Source: Oceanicaulis sp.
Lineage (GTDB): Bacteria; Pseudomonadota; Alphaproteobacteria; Caulobacterales; Maricaulaceae
Direction: 5' to 3'
NCBI GenBank assembly: GCA_965229795.1
Contig: CBDDJM010000001.1
Span: 958,630 to 1,022,629 of the forward strand
Length of the DNA stretch: 64,000 nt
The notes under the pieces are model-generated. The model was not told where the DNA came from. It saw only the letters and a list, made by a program, of their open reading frames with translations, and ran no database searches. Positions 29,998 through 39,433 of the stretch are shown piece after piece; position 1 is the first letter of the stretch; the number at the start of each line of letters is the position of its first letter. A program made the position numbers and the translations under genes.

Positions 29998-31878
29998 ATG
30001 GCTTCGAATTCTTTCATCTCGCTTCTCAACCGGATCAACGGCCTTGAAAACACCAAAGCGGTGGCCGAGGCTCAGGCTATGTTCACCGCCAAACTTCACG
30101 GCGTCGTGCGTGAAGGCGGTTTGAGCCTGGAGCGCGAACTTCATGACTGGTTCGGTGAGGCCCGCTTCAACGAATTGCTGGACGGGGCAGCCCCCAGCCT
30201 GGAAGAAGCCACCACGCTGACCCAGCTCATCAGCCAGCATGAAATGATCCTGGCTAGTGAGCGCCGCTCTGACTTTGAGCCCATTGCCGAGCCATCCAAA
30301 ACGTCGACAGATGCAACCCAAGCCCTGCCATTGCGCCTTTCGCCGAGCCAAATCGTAGCTTCCATCGCTGGGATCATCACCGCTGGATCGCTGGGCCTTG
30401 CCATCACCAGCATGAATGCCGCCGATGAATGGCAGGACGACGCCGCCCGTGCCGAGGCCTTCTCAGCGCGCCTGGTGATGATGCTGGCTCGGGAACTTCC
30501 GCATGACGCGCCTACGCCGGTCATTGAAAATGTGGCGAGCGACGCCATTGAGTATTTCGAGGCCCATGGCGAGTTTGCCGACCCCAGCACTCTAAGTGAC
30601 TGGTCGCGCATCTTTACGATTGTTGGGCGTCAGCGCTGGAATTCCGGCAATACGGCAGGGGCCCGTCAAGCCTTTGAAACGTCGGTTGCAGCCACGCTGA
30701 AGCAACTGGATGCCTCGCCCAACAGCCTCGATGCGCTGTTTGATCACTCCCAGGCCGTATTCTGGTTAGCAGATTTCAATTTTCGGAACGCGGACTTTGA
30801 TGCTGCTGAAGCCGGTTTTAATACATATGCGACTTTAACAACTGAATTGTACGAAACGAACCCACAAAGCCCACTCTACCAGGCTGAATACGCTTATGGC
30901 TTTTTAAATCGTGCCATTATCGACTGGGAGCGAGGGCGCATAGAAGACGCGCTCGGCGGATTCACCGCCGCGCTGAACGATCTTTCTGATGTTGCGGAAA
31001 ATTCAGATGTTGTCAGTGCACTGGATATCGCAAACGCAAGGGCATGGCGCGCGAGCGCGCTATTTACGTCCGGGCAGTTTGGTGAGGCCAGCGCTGAGCG
31101 TGGCCGTGAACTCGCCATTTATGAAAGCGTAGAAGATTCTGCGTATGTCGAGCATCGCCGCTTGGCTGCCATGTCTCAAAGAGCGGCGGCACGTCTTGCG
31201 CTTGGCGACTTGGCAGGTGCCATCCCGCTTATCGAAGATGGTTCGGAGCTTGCTGGTCAAAATCTTAGTCAGCAGCCCGGCAACATAGAAGCGCTGCGCC
31301 GATATCTCAGCTTCATGCTTCAACGGGTTGAAGTGGCACTGGCTGAAGATCGCCTGATTGCTGCCAAGCTGATAGTTGACCACGCACGCTCCGCGCTCGC
31401 GACATATCTGGACGGCGCGGATCGGATTGTTCCTGCACGTGAGACGGCCCAGTTTTCAGTCGCTGCAGCTGAGGTCGCGATTGCATCAGGCGCGTATGAA
31501 ACCGCAAGCGAGGAAGCCGCTTCTGCAATTCGAGTACTTGGAGCCGAAAATGCCAACGAAATCCGGAGCCTGGTTCTGCATGCTTTTGCCTACCAACTGG
31601 CAGGTGAGGCAGAAGAGGCGGCCGGAAATGACGATGTAGCTCGGCGCTACTACCTTCAAGGGATTGACCTATTGCGCACCGAACCTGGAACCATTGAAGA
31701 GAATATCGTCAAAGCACGCTTGAATATCTTGCTGGGCAATGTTGCAGAAGCAAATAGCTTGCGCGATGAAATTGCAGTGTCAGGTTACTCGCATCCCCGC
31801 GATATCGCCTTCTGGCGGAGAATCAATCAATCTGGTGTCGTCCAAACTGACACCGGAGAAAATTTAAATGGCGGGTAA
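29998..31878 (+). CDS. single-pass membrane protein with long TPR-like helical-repeat C-terminal domain
   Basis: The ORF track gives 29992 (TTG); the first ATG is at 29998. An N-terminal roughly 115 aa precede one TM (IVASIAGIITAGSLGLAITS) and about 490 aa of alanine-rich helical repeats. Composition is visibly AT-richer than the flanks. No named family recognised. Confidence 0.7.
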   Translation: MASNSFISLLNRINGLENTKAVAEAQAMFTAKLHGVVREGGLSLERELHDWFGEARFNELLDGAAPSLEEATTLTQLISQHEMILASERRSDFEPIAEPSKTSTDATQALPLRLSPSQIVASIAGIITAGSLGLAITSMNAADEWQDDAARAEAFSARLVMMLARELPHDAPTPVIENVASDAIEYFEAHGEFADPSTLSDWSRIFTIVGRQRWNSGNTAGARQAFETSVAATLKQLDASPNSLDALFDHSQAVFWLADFNFRNADFDAAEAGFNTYATLTTELYETNPQSPLYQAEYAYGFLNRAIIDWERGRIEDALGGFTAALNDLSDVAENSDVVSALDIANARAWRASALFTSGQFGEASAERGRELAIYESVEDSAYVEHRRLAAMSQRAAARLALGDLAGAIPLIEDGSELAGQNLSQQPGNIEALRRYLSFMLQRVEVALAEDRLIAAKLIVDHARSALATYLDGADRIVPARETAQFSVAAAEVAIASGAYETASEEAASAIRVLGAENANEIRSLVLHAFAYQLAGEAEEAAGNDDVARRYYLQGIDLLRTEPGTIEENIVKARLNILLGNVAEANSLRDEIAVSGYSHPRDIAFWRRINQSGVVQTDTGENLNGG

Positions 31879-32317
31879 TGCACTTACCGAACTCGGCCTG
31901 ACAGGCCGCGATATCAGACATATTCCACTTTTGGTGTTTCCAAAGCCAAAGCTTGAAGGCGGCGCGTGGGTCGACACAGTTGGGATCGCCTTTGTTCATG
32001 GAACTGGCGAACTGCACACATCCCATCCTGTGGATTACATTTTTTACCTCGTTGATCAGAACGGAAATGTTCCCACCAACGTCGAATTCGTTGACATCGA
32101 ACTCGGTGGCAGTTCCTGGCCCGGCATATATGTCTACCCGGCTCATGGGGTTAGCGTACAATATGGCGAAAGCCGCAAAGTCGTGGTCATGAAAAACGAG
32201 CTGACCCAGGACTGGTACCGACACCCATTCTCCATCGCCATCCGCAATACGGATACCGGCGAGCTCTACAAGCTTGATCCGGGCTCAGACAATGACGGCA
32301 CTCCTGGCCTCCCCTAA
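31868..32317 (+). CDS. small beta-rich hypothetical protein (149 aa)
   Basis: The start overlaps the preceding stop by 11 nt. No signal peptide or TM. No family recognised with confidence. Confidence 0.6.
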   Translation: MAGNALTELGLTGRDIRHIPLLVFPKPKLEGGAWVDTVGIAFVHGTGELHTSHPVDYIFYLVDQNGNVPTNVEFVDIELGGSSWPGIYVYPAHGVSVQYGESRKVVVMKNELTQDWYRHPFSIAIRNTDTGELYKLDPGSDNDGTPGLP

Positions 32318-32341
32318 GGCCTTTGCAACTCCAACAACACC

Positions 32342-32377
32342 AAGCGCCGGAGCACCTTGCTCAGGCGCTTTTTCTTT
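32342..32377 (+). terminator. rho-independent terminator after the two-gene unit
   Basis: Stem AAGCGCC (32342-32348) pairs with GGCGCTT (32364-32370), followed by TTTTTCTTT. Confidence 0.6.
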
Positions 32378-32474
32378 GCGCGAACACAGGGCAAACACGG
32401 TTGCGTTAGCTGTGTTGCCGTGACCTGCGGCGCAGCCTAGCTTCATTGTGCAGACCGCATGACAGGGGTAAGAC

Positions 32475-33431
32475 ATGCCTGACGCCGCCGCACCACAAAA
32501 CATTGAAACTGAAAAGTTTTCAGACCTTGATGTCACCGCCAAGGGTGAGGCGCGCGCGCATGTGGCCTTCGACCAGCTCAAGACGCTGTGGTTCAATACC
32601 GGCACGCTGTGCAATATCGAATGCGCCAATTGCTATATTGAAAGCTCGCCGACCAATGACCGCCTCGTCTACCTGACCGAGGCCGATGTCGCGCCCTATC
32701 TTGATGAGATTGACGCCATGGGCACCGGCCCGGTGGAGATCGGCTTTACCGGCGGCGAGCCCTTCATGAACCCCGACATGGTGCGCCTGACCGAGATGGC
32801 ACTGGAGCGCGGTCACGAAGTCCTGATCCTGACCAACGCCATGAAGCCCATGATGCGCCCCTGGGTGCAGCAGGGCTTGCGGGATCTAAACCAGCGCTAT
32901 GGATCAAAACTGACCCTGCGCATCAGCCTGGATCACTACACCGCCCAGAACCATGACGCAGAGCGCGGCAAGGGCGGCTTTGCCTCCACGCTGGAGGGGA
33001 TGCGCTGGCTGATCGAGCACGGCTTCACGCTGTCTGCAGCCGGGCGCGCGCTCTGGCATGAAAGTGAGGCTGTCGCGCGCGCTAGATTCCAGGGCCTGTT
33101 TGATGAACTCGGTGCCGATATTCCGGCTGATGACCCAGCCCGCCTCGTGATCTTTCCAGAGATGGAAGAGGACGGCGATCCGCCTGAAATCACGACCGCC
33201 TGCTGGGATATTCTGGGCATTGATCCCAGCACGGTCATGTGCGCCTCCAGCCGCATGGTGGTGAAGCGCAAGGGGGCATCAAAGCCAGCCGTGCTGTCGT
33301 GCACCCTCCTGCCCTACGACGAAGCGTTCGAGCTTGCCGATACGCTCGAAGCCAGCCTCACACCGGTGAAACTCAAGCATAAATTCTGTGCGCAATTCTG
33401 CGTGCTGGGCGGAGCGAGCTGTTCGGCCTAG
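32475..33431 (+). CDS. radical SAM protein with Cys-rich C-terminus (ArsS/TIGR04167-like pattern)
   Basis: CNIECANCY gives the CxxxCxxC cluster motif and GFTGGEPF the SAM-binding motif. The C-terminus HKFCAQFCVLGGASCSA resembles the Cys-rich tail of the radical SAM/Cys-rich domain family. The subfamily assignment is tentative. Confidence 0.75.
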   Translation: MPDAAAPQNIETEKFSDLDVTAKGEARAHVAFDQLKTLWFNTGTLCNIECANCYIESSPTNDRLVYLTEADVAPYLDEIDAMGTGPVEIGFTGGEPFMNPDMVRLTEMALERGHEVLILTNAMKPMMRPWVQQGLRDLNQRYGSKLTLRISLDHYTAQNHDAERGKGGFASTLEGMRWLIEHGFTLSAAGRALWHESEAVARARFQGLFDELGADIPADDPARLVIFPEMEEDGDPPEITTACWDILGIDPSTVMCASSRMVVKRKGASKPAVLSCTLLPYDEAFELADTLEASLTPVKLKHKFCAQFCVLGGASCSA

Positions 33432-33491
33432 AGGCGTGCGCATCCGCCTCTAGGGGAGAGGAAGGCAAGTCCTCAGCAACGCATCGAAGCC

Positions 33492-33614
33492 CCTGTCCCG
33501 GACAAGCCCGGATCTGATCCGGGCGCAGAGCCGGGATCCACGTTTTGTGGCTTGGACCAACGTGTTTGTGCCGACAATCGATCCCGGATCGCCGCTTCGC
33601 GGGTCCGGGACAGG
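33492..33614. repeat. MITE-like element, family 2, copy a
   Basis: Terminal inverted repeats CCTGTCCCGGAC and GTCCGGGACAGG. The interior holds nested hairpins (CCCGGATCTGATCCGGG) and GATCCCGGATCGCC, which is shared with 62390-62507. Confidence 0.65.
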
Positions 33615-33639
33615 CCCTCAGGTTGGAAGCTGAAACGCC

Positions 33640-34659
33640 CTACCCCGGCACCGCAAAATGCTTGCTCAGCTTCAGGCCCTGCGCCTGATAGTTTGAGCCA
33701 GCGGTGCCGTAGGGCGTATCCACCGCGCCCGCCATTGGCTCGTAGACCAGCTTGGCGACGGCCTGTCCGTGATCGAGGATGAAAGGCACGTCGCGGCCCC
33801 TCACCTCAAGCACCGCGCGAGAGCCTTTGCCGCCAGCACTATCGACGCCGAAACCGGGATCGAAAAAGCCCGCATAGTGGGCGCGAAACTCGCCAATCTC
33901 AGGCGCGATGGGGGCCATCTCGGCGGCCTGGCTTAACGGCACGCTCACCGCTTCGCGGCTGGCGAGGATGTAAAACTCGTCTGGATCCAGCACGATACGC
34001 CCCTGCGGCGCGTAGACCGCCTCCCAGAACTGCTCTGGCGCGTGGCCGCCCACCCTGATGAGATCGACCAGCGGTGCGTGGCGCTTGGCGCGCCAGCCCG
34101 CGGGAGCCCCCGGTTGCATGTCCACCGACAGAGTGATCGACTGCAAAGGCTGGTGCGTGCCACGGCGCAGGCGGATCTGAACCAGCCGGTCTCCGGGGCG
34201 CGCCAAGACCGAATAGGTGCGCGGCGCGATCTCCACATAGAGCTTGCCGGAGTAACCGGCCGGGATCTGGTCAAAGGCTGTACAGCCATCGCAGATCACA
34301 CGGGTAAACACGTCCAGCCGTCCGGTGGAGCTTTTCGGATTGGCCGCAGCGGCCAGATCGCCGGGCAGGGCCAGCGCTTCATCGAGCTCGGCCAGATAGA
34401 CGCAGCCGGTTTCCAGCACTGTGCCGCCCTCAAGGTCGAGCTCGTGCATCACCACGTCGTCATCAAGGCGGTCAGCGACGCTCCGGCCCGTGCCTGGCAG
34501 GAAGCTGGCCCGCAACCGCCACACCCGGCGCGCCAGACGCAGATCAAGGCTGGCTGGCTGGACCTGACCGTCTGCCAACGGCGTGCGCGGTGTGATCCAT
34601 CCAGCGTCCACACCGGCATTGAGCGCGCTATCGGGCAGGATTCCAGTCGGTTCAGTCAT
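33640..34659 (-). CDS. 2'-deoxycytidine 5'-triphosphate deaminase, long form (DCD family)
   Basis: 339-aa ORF with two tandem dUTPase-like barrel halves. The length and pattern match the roughly 340-360-aa dCTP deaminase common in alphaproteobacteria. Confidence 0.7.
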   Translation of the reverse strand: MTEPTGILPDSALNAGVDAGWITPRTPLADGQVQPASLDLRLARRVWRLRASFLPGTGRSVADRLDDDVVMHELDLEGGTVLETGCVYLAELDEALALPGDLAAAANPKSSTGRLDVFTRVICDGCTAFDQIPAGYSGKLYVEIAPRTYSVLARPGDRLVQIRLRRGTHQPLQSITLSVDMQPGAPAGWRAKRHAPLVDLIRVGGHAPEQFWEAVYAPQGRIVLDPDEFYILASREAVSVPLSQAAEMAPIAPEIGEFRAHYAGFFDPGFGVDSAGGKGSRAVLEVRGRDVPFILDHGQAVAKLVYEPMAGAVDTPYGTAGSNYQAQGLKLSKHFAVPG

Positions 34660-34814
34660 GCAGGGCTCGCGCTTTCATTGGATAGAATCGCAGGGCTTTT
34701 GAGCGGCCGAGTGTCAGGCCCTCGCCGCGCCCTGTCCAGCATTGCTGCTTGAGCAAAGCGAATTTCAGGTGTCAGATACACACCGCCCTTCCCACCGGTA
34801 GAGGAGATCGGGCC

Positions 34815-35207
34815 ATGTATGCGCAGGAAACCAAAGGCGTCGTCGTGCGCGTGGAGCCTCATTTCCTTGATGAGGAGTCCGAGCCGGAGGACAATCGCTT
34901 CTTCTGGACCTACTCGGTGGAGATCGAAAACACCGGCGCGGAGCCTATCCAGCTGGTGGGCCGCGAGTGGCGCATCACCGACGCGAAGAACCGCACCGAG
35001 ATTGTGCGCGGCCGCGGTGTGGTCGGTGAAGAGCCGGTCATAGAACCAGGCCAGTCTTTCCGCTATACCTCCGCTGCGCCTCTGGCCACAGCCTCCGGCT
35101 TCATGGCCGGGGCCTACACCATGGTGAGCCAGGGCGGAGACCATTTTGAAGCGCTTATCCCGTCCTTCGCGCTTGATAGCCCCTATGGAGCGGCGACGCG
35201 CCACTAA
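34815..35207 (+). CDS. apaG: ApaG (DUF525) protein
   Basis: The ORF track gives 34749-35207. The internal start MYAQETKGVVVRVEPHFLDEES gives a protein of about 130 aa. The motifs FFWTYSVEIEN and GVVGEEPVIEPG are typical of ApaG. Confidence 0.88.
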   Translation: MYAQETKGVVVRVEPHFLDEESEPEDNRFFWTYSVEIENTGAEPIQLVGREWRITDAKNRTEIVRGRGVVGEEPVIEPGQSFRYTSAAPLATASGFMAGAYTMVSQGGDHFEALIPSFALDSPYGAATRH

Positions 35208-35227
35208 AAGCGTTCCGGTAAAGTCAG

Positions 35228-36685
35228 TTGAGTGAATCTGCCCGCACAGTCCTGTTCGTGCTCGGCGTGCTGTTAGCCACGCTGTCGGTTGCGATGTTCG
35301 CGCCGGGCTGGGTGGATCTGCAGATCGGCGGCGCGGCGGCCTATGCCTTCTTTGGCGCTGGCGTGGTCGGAGCTGTCATTGGCGGCATCATGGCGCTCAT
35401 GGGCAGTGGCGGCGACAAGAGTCTCTCCGCGCGCGGGGCCATCATCCTGACCGGCGGCAGCTGGTTCATGCTGGCCTTTGCCGCTGCGGTACCGCTAAAG
35501 CTCTCCGGCCTTGAGATGAGCTGGACCGACGCCCTGTTTGAGGCCACCTCCGGCATCACCACCACGGGTGCCACGATCATGACTGACCTGCAGGAGACCG
35601 CGCCGGGCATCCTCTTGTGGCGCTCCATCCTTCAGTGGATTGGCGGGGTCGGGATTATTGTGACCGCCATGGCGATCTGGCCGCTTTTGGGCATTGGCGG
35701 CATGCAGCTGTTTCGCCTTGAAAGCTCCGACGCGTCTGAAAAAGCGCTGCCGCGCGCAGGCGAAATCGCAAAGGCGGTGGGGTCGGTCTACCTGGTCCTG
35801 ACCTTTGCCTGCATGAGCGCCTACATGCTCACAGGCATGAGCGCGTTTGATGCCATCAATCATGCCATGACGACAGTGGCCACCGGCGGCTTCTCCACCC
35901 ATGACGGCTCCATTGGTCACTTTGCTGAGGGCGGCGCAGACCTGGTGGCGCTTGTCTTCATGGTGCTGGCCGGGCTGCCCTTCATTCTTTATGTGCGCGC
36001 CGCGGCGGGGCGTCCTGACGTTCTAATCAGCGATCCCCAGGCGCGTACCTTTCTGATTGTGGCCTTTGTGGCAGTCATGCTTCTAACGCTGTGGCTCGCT
36101 GGCAATCCGCCCCCTGCCGATGAGGAGCTGCCCGGCTGGCGCATGGCGGCGGTGAATGCCGTCTCCATCCTGACCGGGACGGGCTATGCCTCAGTTGACT
36201 TTGGCCTGTGGGGCGGCGCGGCTGTGGCGATCTTCTTTGTGCTGATGTTCATCGGCGGATGCGCAGGCTCCACCACCTGCTCGGTGAAGATTTTCCGCTA
36301 CCAGATCGCAGCCTCGGCGATCAAAGCCTATGTGGCCCAGTACGCCCGCCCCCACGCGGTGGTGCCCATTCGCTATCGCGGCCAGATCGTGCCGGACGCC
36401 ACCATCCGCTCGGTGCTCGGCTTCTTCTTCCTGTTCTTTTCCACCTTCGCCGTTTCAGCCGCGCTCCTGTCCCTGCTGGGCCTTGATACCGTCACGGCGG
36501 TCTCCGGCGCGGCCACGACACTGGCCAATGTGGGCCCAGGCCTCGGCGATATCATCGGCCCGACCGGCACGTTTCAGCCCCTTCCAGACCCGGCCAAATG
36601 GGTCATGATCGCCACCATGCTGATCGGCCGGCTGGAGATCATGGTCGTCATGGTGATGTTCGCGCCGGGCTTCTGGCAGCGCTAG
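35228..36685 (+). CDS. trkH: TrkH-family potassium uptake protein
   Basis: 485-aa polytopic ORF with repeated selectivity-filter-like motifs TTTGAT, TVATGGFST, TGTGYAS and NVGPGLG. Confidence 0.9.
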   Translation: MSESARTVLFVLGVLLATLSVAMFAPGWVDLQIGGAAAYAFFGAGVVGAVIGGIMALMGSGGDKSLSARGAIILTGGSWFMLAFAAAVPLKLSGLEMSWTDALFEATSGITTTGATIMTDLQETAPGILLWRSILQWIGGVGIIVTAMAIWPLLGIGGMQLFRLESSDASEKALPRAGEIAKAVGSVYLVLTFACMSAYMLTGMSAFDAINHAMTTVATGGFSTHDGSIGHFAEGGADLVALVFMVLAGLPFILYVRAAAGRPDVLISDPQARTFLIVAFVAVMLLTLWLAGNPPPADEELPGWRMAAVNAVSILTGTGYASVDFGLWGGAAVAIFFVLMFIGGCAGSTTCSVKIFRYQIAASAIKAYVAQYARPHAVVPIRYRGQIVPDATIRSVLGFFFLFFSTFAVSAALLSLLGLDTVTAVSGAATTLANVGPGLGDIIGPTGTFQPLPDPAKWVMIATMLIGRLEIMVVMVMFAPGFWQR

Positions 36686-37218
36686 AGCCGCAGCTGCTCG
36701 GTGATGAAGCGGGATTTGGCCGCGCGATACTCATCCATGGGCAAACCATCAAAGCGCTGTTTGAGATCATTGTAGGCGGCAAGCAGGACCGGATTGTCGA
36801 TCAGCATGCGCCGGTAGGTTTCAAACACATCATGCCTTGAGCCCTTCACCACTAGCTGAACACCCACCGGACAGGCAAAGCCCTCCGCCTGATAGGCCGC
36901 AAAGCGCTCATTGCGGAGCGATTTCAGGTTCTGGGTGTGGGTCTGATCCAGGCTCTCGCGGGCTGAAGCAAAGACCTGTTCGGGCACGCGCACCGCGATA
37001 TCGAGATCGCCCTTGGTCAGGGCACCGGGCACTGAGGTCGCGCCGACATGATCGCACTGGGCCGCAACGGGCAGCGTATTGCCAAAGCGCTCCAGCCAGA
37101 TTTCGAACGCATCGGCGGCCCGGCGATGGGCCACTTCTGTGTTGGCCAGCCGAAAGCGCTCTTCGATCAATCGTTTGCCTTGCCGGCCACGTCGATTTCT
37201 GCCGCGGAGAATTTCCAT
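36682..37218 (-). CDS. GrpB-family protein
   Basis: HVGATSVPGALTKGDLDIAV and the C-terminal LIDNPVLLAAYNDLK...YRAAKSRFI match the GrpB pattern. The annotated start overlaps the hslO 3' end by 52 nt, so the true start may be further downstream. Confidence 0.65.
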   Translation of the reverse strand: MEILRGRNRRGRQGKRLIEERFRLANTEVAHRRAADAFEIWLERFGNTLPVAAQCDHVGATSVPGALTKGDLDIAVRVPEQVFASARESLDQTHTQNLKSLRNERFAAYQAEGFACPVGVQLVVKGSRHDVFETYRRMLIDNPVLLAAYNDLKQRFDGLPMDEYRAAKSRFITEQLRL

Positions 37219-38144
37219 TCCTTGTTGCAGTATTCGCAGGTCATGGCGACGGTTCCGTCTTCACGGGCCATGTGGGCGCGGTCGTCTGAGGGAAAGCGTG
37301 CCAGCAGCTTGGCGAGCCGGTCATGCTCACACGCACAGCGGCGCACGATCGGCGTTTCGGTTTCAACACGCACGCCCTCTTCATGGAAGAGACGGAAGAG
37401 CACGCGGCCCGAGGTCAGACCGGGATCGAGCAGCTCGTCATCGCCAACGGTATCAAACAGGGCGCGCGCGTGATCGAAATCACCATCGGTATCCCCGCGC
37501 GTCTCATCACCAGCGATGCGCTGGATCAGCATGCCCCCGGCGCGCCAGATCTGGCGACCGCCATCGACCACCTGACGGCCCACAGCGAGCTTTAGACGCG
37601 TCGGCACCTGTTCTGACTGGCTGAAATAATGCTCGGCGCTATGGGCCAGGCTTTCGCCCGTCACCTCGGTCACACCCTGATAGCGCTCCATTCCGGCCCC
37701 GGGATCAATGGTCATGGCGAAGTTCCCGCCACCGAGCAGGCGGTCAGCGCCCACCGGCCCGCCTTCGACCTTTTCCAGCATTTTGACCCGGTCGGCGTCG
37801 TATTTGGCATAGCCGCGCACGCCTTCACCGGGCACAAAATCGGCCACGACAAAAGCCACCGCGCCTTCACCCTCGACATTGCGGCCCTGAGCGGCCGGGC
37901 CACTGGCCTGGACAATCAGCTTGCCCTCGATCTTCAGGCTATCGCCGACCAGTGCGGCAATCATCGCCGCTTCGCCGACAAGCCGCGCGACACTTTCGGG
38001 GTAGTCATGCGACCCCAGGATGGCGTCCGCGACCGCGCCCAAGCGCACAATTCGCCCACGTACCGGCCGCCCCTCCAACTGGAAGATGGAGATGGTGTCG
38101 TCGGTTGCGCCCAGCGTGTCTGGTATTTGAGTTGCGTCACTCAT
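37167..38144 (-). CDS. hslO: Hsp33-family redox-regulated chaperone
   Basis: 325-aa ORF with the C-terminal zinc centre CACEHD...CEYCNKEW (CxC...CxxC) and Hsp33-like N-terminal domain motifs. Confidence 0.88.
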   Translation of the reverse strand: MSDATQIPDTLGATDDTISIFQLEGRPVRGRIVRLGAVADAILGSHDYPESVARLVGEAAMIAALVGDSLKIEGKLIVQASGPAAQGRNVEGEGAVAFVVADFVPGEGVRGYAKYDADRVKMLEKVEGGPVGADRLLGGGNFAMTIDPGAGMERYQGVTEVTGESLAHSAEHYFSQSEQVPTRLKLAVGRQVVDGGRQIWRAGGMLIQRIAGDETRGDTDGDFDHARALFDTVGDDELLDPGLTSGRVLFRLFHEEGVRVETETPIVRRCACEHDRLAKLLARFPSDDRAHMAREDGTVAMTCEYCNKEWKFSAAEIDVAGKAND

Positions 38145-38184
38145 ACTCGGTCCCGTGTCCCCGGCCGGGCCGAAAGCCGTGTGA

Positions 38185-39387
38185 TCAGGCCTCCGGCGTT
38201 AATTCGTTCAGCGCCTTGTCCAGTGCGCCAACAGCTTCGCGCACGTGATCTTCGGCAATGATCAGCGGCGGTGCCATGCGCGCCACGTTGTCCCCGGCTG
38301 CGCCCATCAACAGATGGTGTCCACGCGCCTTGGCGGCCAGCGATTTGTTCACATAGCCGTCCTTCAGTTTCAGTCCGACCAGAAGGCCTCGGCCGCGGAT
38401 TTCTTCAATCTTGTCACCATGGGCGTCGGCCAGGCTCGCCAATTGCTGGCGCAGCGTGTTGGAAATATCCACCACATGCTGGAGGAAGCCGTCGCTGGTC
38501 AGCTCGTCATAGACCACATTGCCCACCGCCATCGCCAGCGGATTGCCGCCAAAGGTGGAGCCATGGGTGCCCACCACCATGTGATCGCCCGCTTTTTCGG
38601 TCGCCAGACAGGCCCCCATCGGGAAGCCACCGCCAACACCCTTGGCCACGGCCATGATGTCCGGTTGGGCAGTTTCAGCCCACTCATGGGCCCACAGCTT
38701 GCCGGTCCGGCCAGCCCCAGCCTGAACCTCGTCATAGATCAGGAGGAGGCCGTGCTCGTCACACAGCTCACGCAGGCCGCGCAGGCACACATCAGGAATG
38801 GCGCGCACACCGCCCTCGCCCTGAACCGGCTCGACGATGACCGCTGCGGTTTCCTCGGTGATGGCGTTTTTCAGCGCCTCGTGGTCGCCGAACTCGACCT
38901 GGTCAAAGCCCTCCATCGCCGGGCCGAAGCCTTCAAGATATTTCGGGTTACCGCCGGCATTGATCGCGCCATAGGTGCGGCCGTGAAAGGCACCCGTGAA
39001 GGTGATCACGCGATAGCGGTCCGGGCGGCCATTGGCGAAGTGGTAATGGCGCGCCGTCTTGATTGCGCACTCGACGGCCTCGGTGCCGGAATTGGTGAAA
39101 AAGACGCGATCAGCAAAGCTGTCACGGCAATACTTCTCCGCCAGTTCATGCTGGCCTGGCACGCGAAACATGTTCGACGTGTGCCACAGCTTTTCGGCTT
39201 GCTCTTTTAGCGCTGCCACCGCCTTGGGGTGGGCATGGCCCAGACCGTTCACCGCAATCCCGGAGATAAAGTCCAGATAGCGATCCCCACCCTTTTCAAT
39301 CAGGTAGACGCCCTCACCGCGCTCAAAATTCAGGTTCGGCGGGCTGTAGGTATCCATCAATGGCGCGGGCATAAGCATCCCCTTCAA
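38185..39387 (-). CDS. argD: acetylornithine/succinyl-diaminopimelate aminotransferase (class III PLP)
   Basis: 400-aa ORF with [31 protein letters not shown] and the PLP lysine in AVAKGVGGG. The start could be M1 or M6 (39372). Confidence 0.88.
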   Translation of the reverse strand: MKGMLMPAPLMDTYSPPNLNFERGEGVYLIEKGGDRYLDFISGIAVNGLGHAHPKAVAALKEQAEKLWHTSNMFRVPGQHELAEKYCRDSFADRVFFTNSGTEAVECAIKTARHYHFANGRPDRYRVITFTGAFHGRTYGAINAGGNPKYLEGFGPAMEGFDQVEFGDHEALKNAITEETAAVIVEPVQGEGGVRAIPDVCLRGLRELCDEHGLLLIYDEVQAGAGRTGKLWAHEWAETAQPDIMAVAKGVGGGFPMGACLATEKAGDHMVVGTHGSTFGGNPLAMAVGNVVYDELTSDGFLQHVVDISNTLRQQLASLADAHGDKIEEIRGRGLLVGLKLKDGYVNKSLAAKARGHHLLMGAAGDNVARMAPPLIIAEDHVREAVGALDKALNELTPEA

Positions 39388-39433
39388 GGTAAAGCGGTGA
39401 AAAATCTTCAGGCGTGATCTAGAACCAGACCGG

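Noticed and set aside
33640-34659. The dCTP deaminase as an anti-phage nucleotide-depletion gene.
   Set aside because: It is the long two-barrel form that appears to be the housekeeping enzyme in alphaproteobacteria. It lacks an extra kinase-like domain and is flanked by core genes (apaG, trkH).
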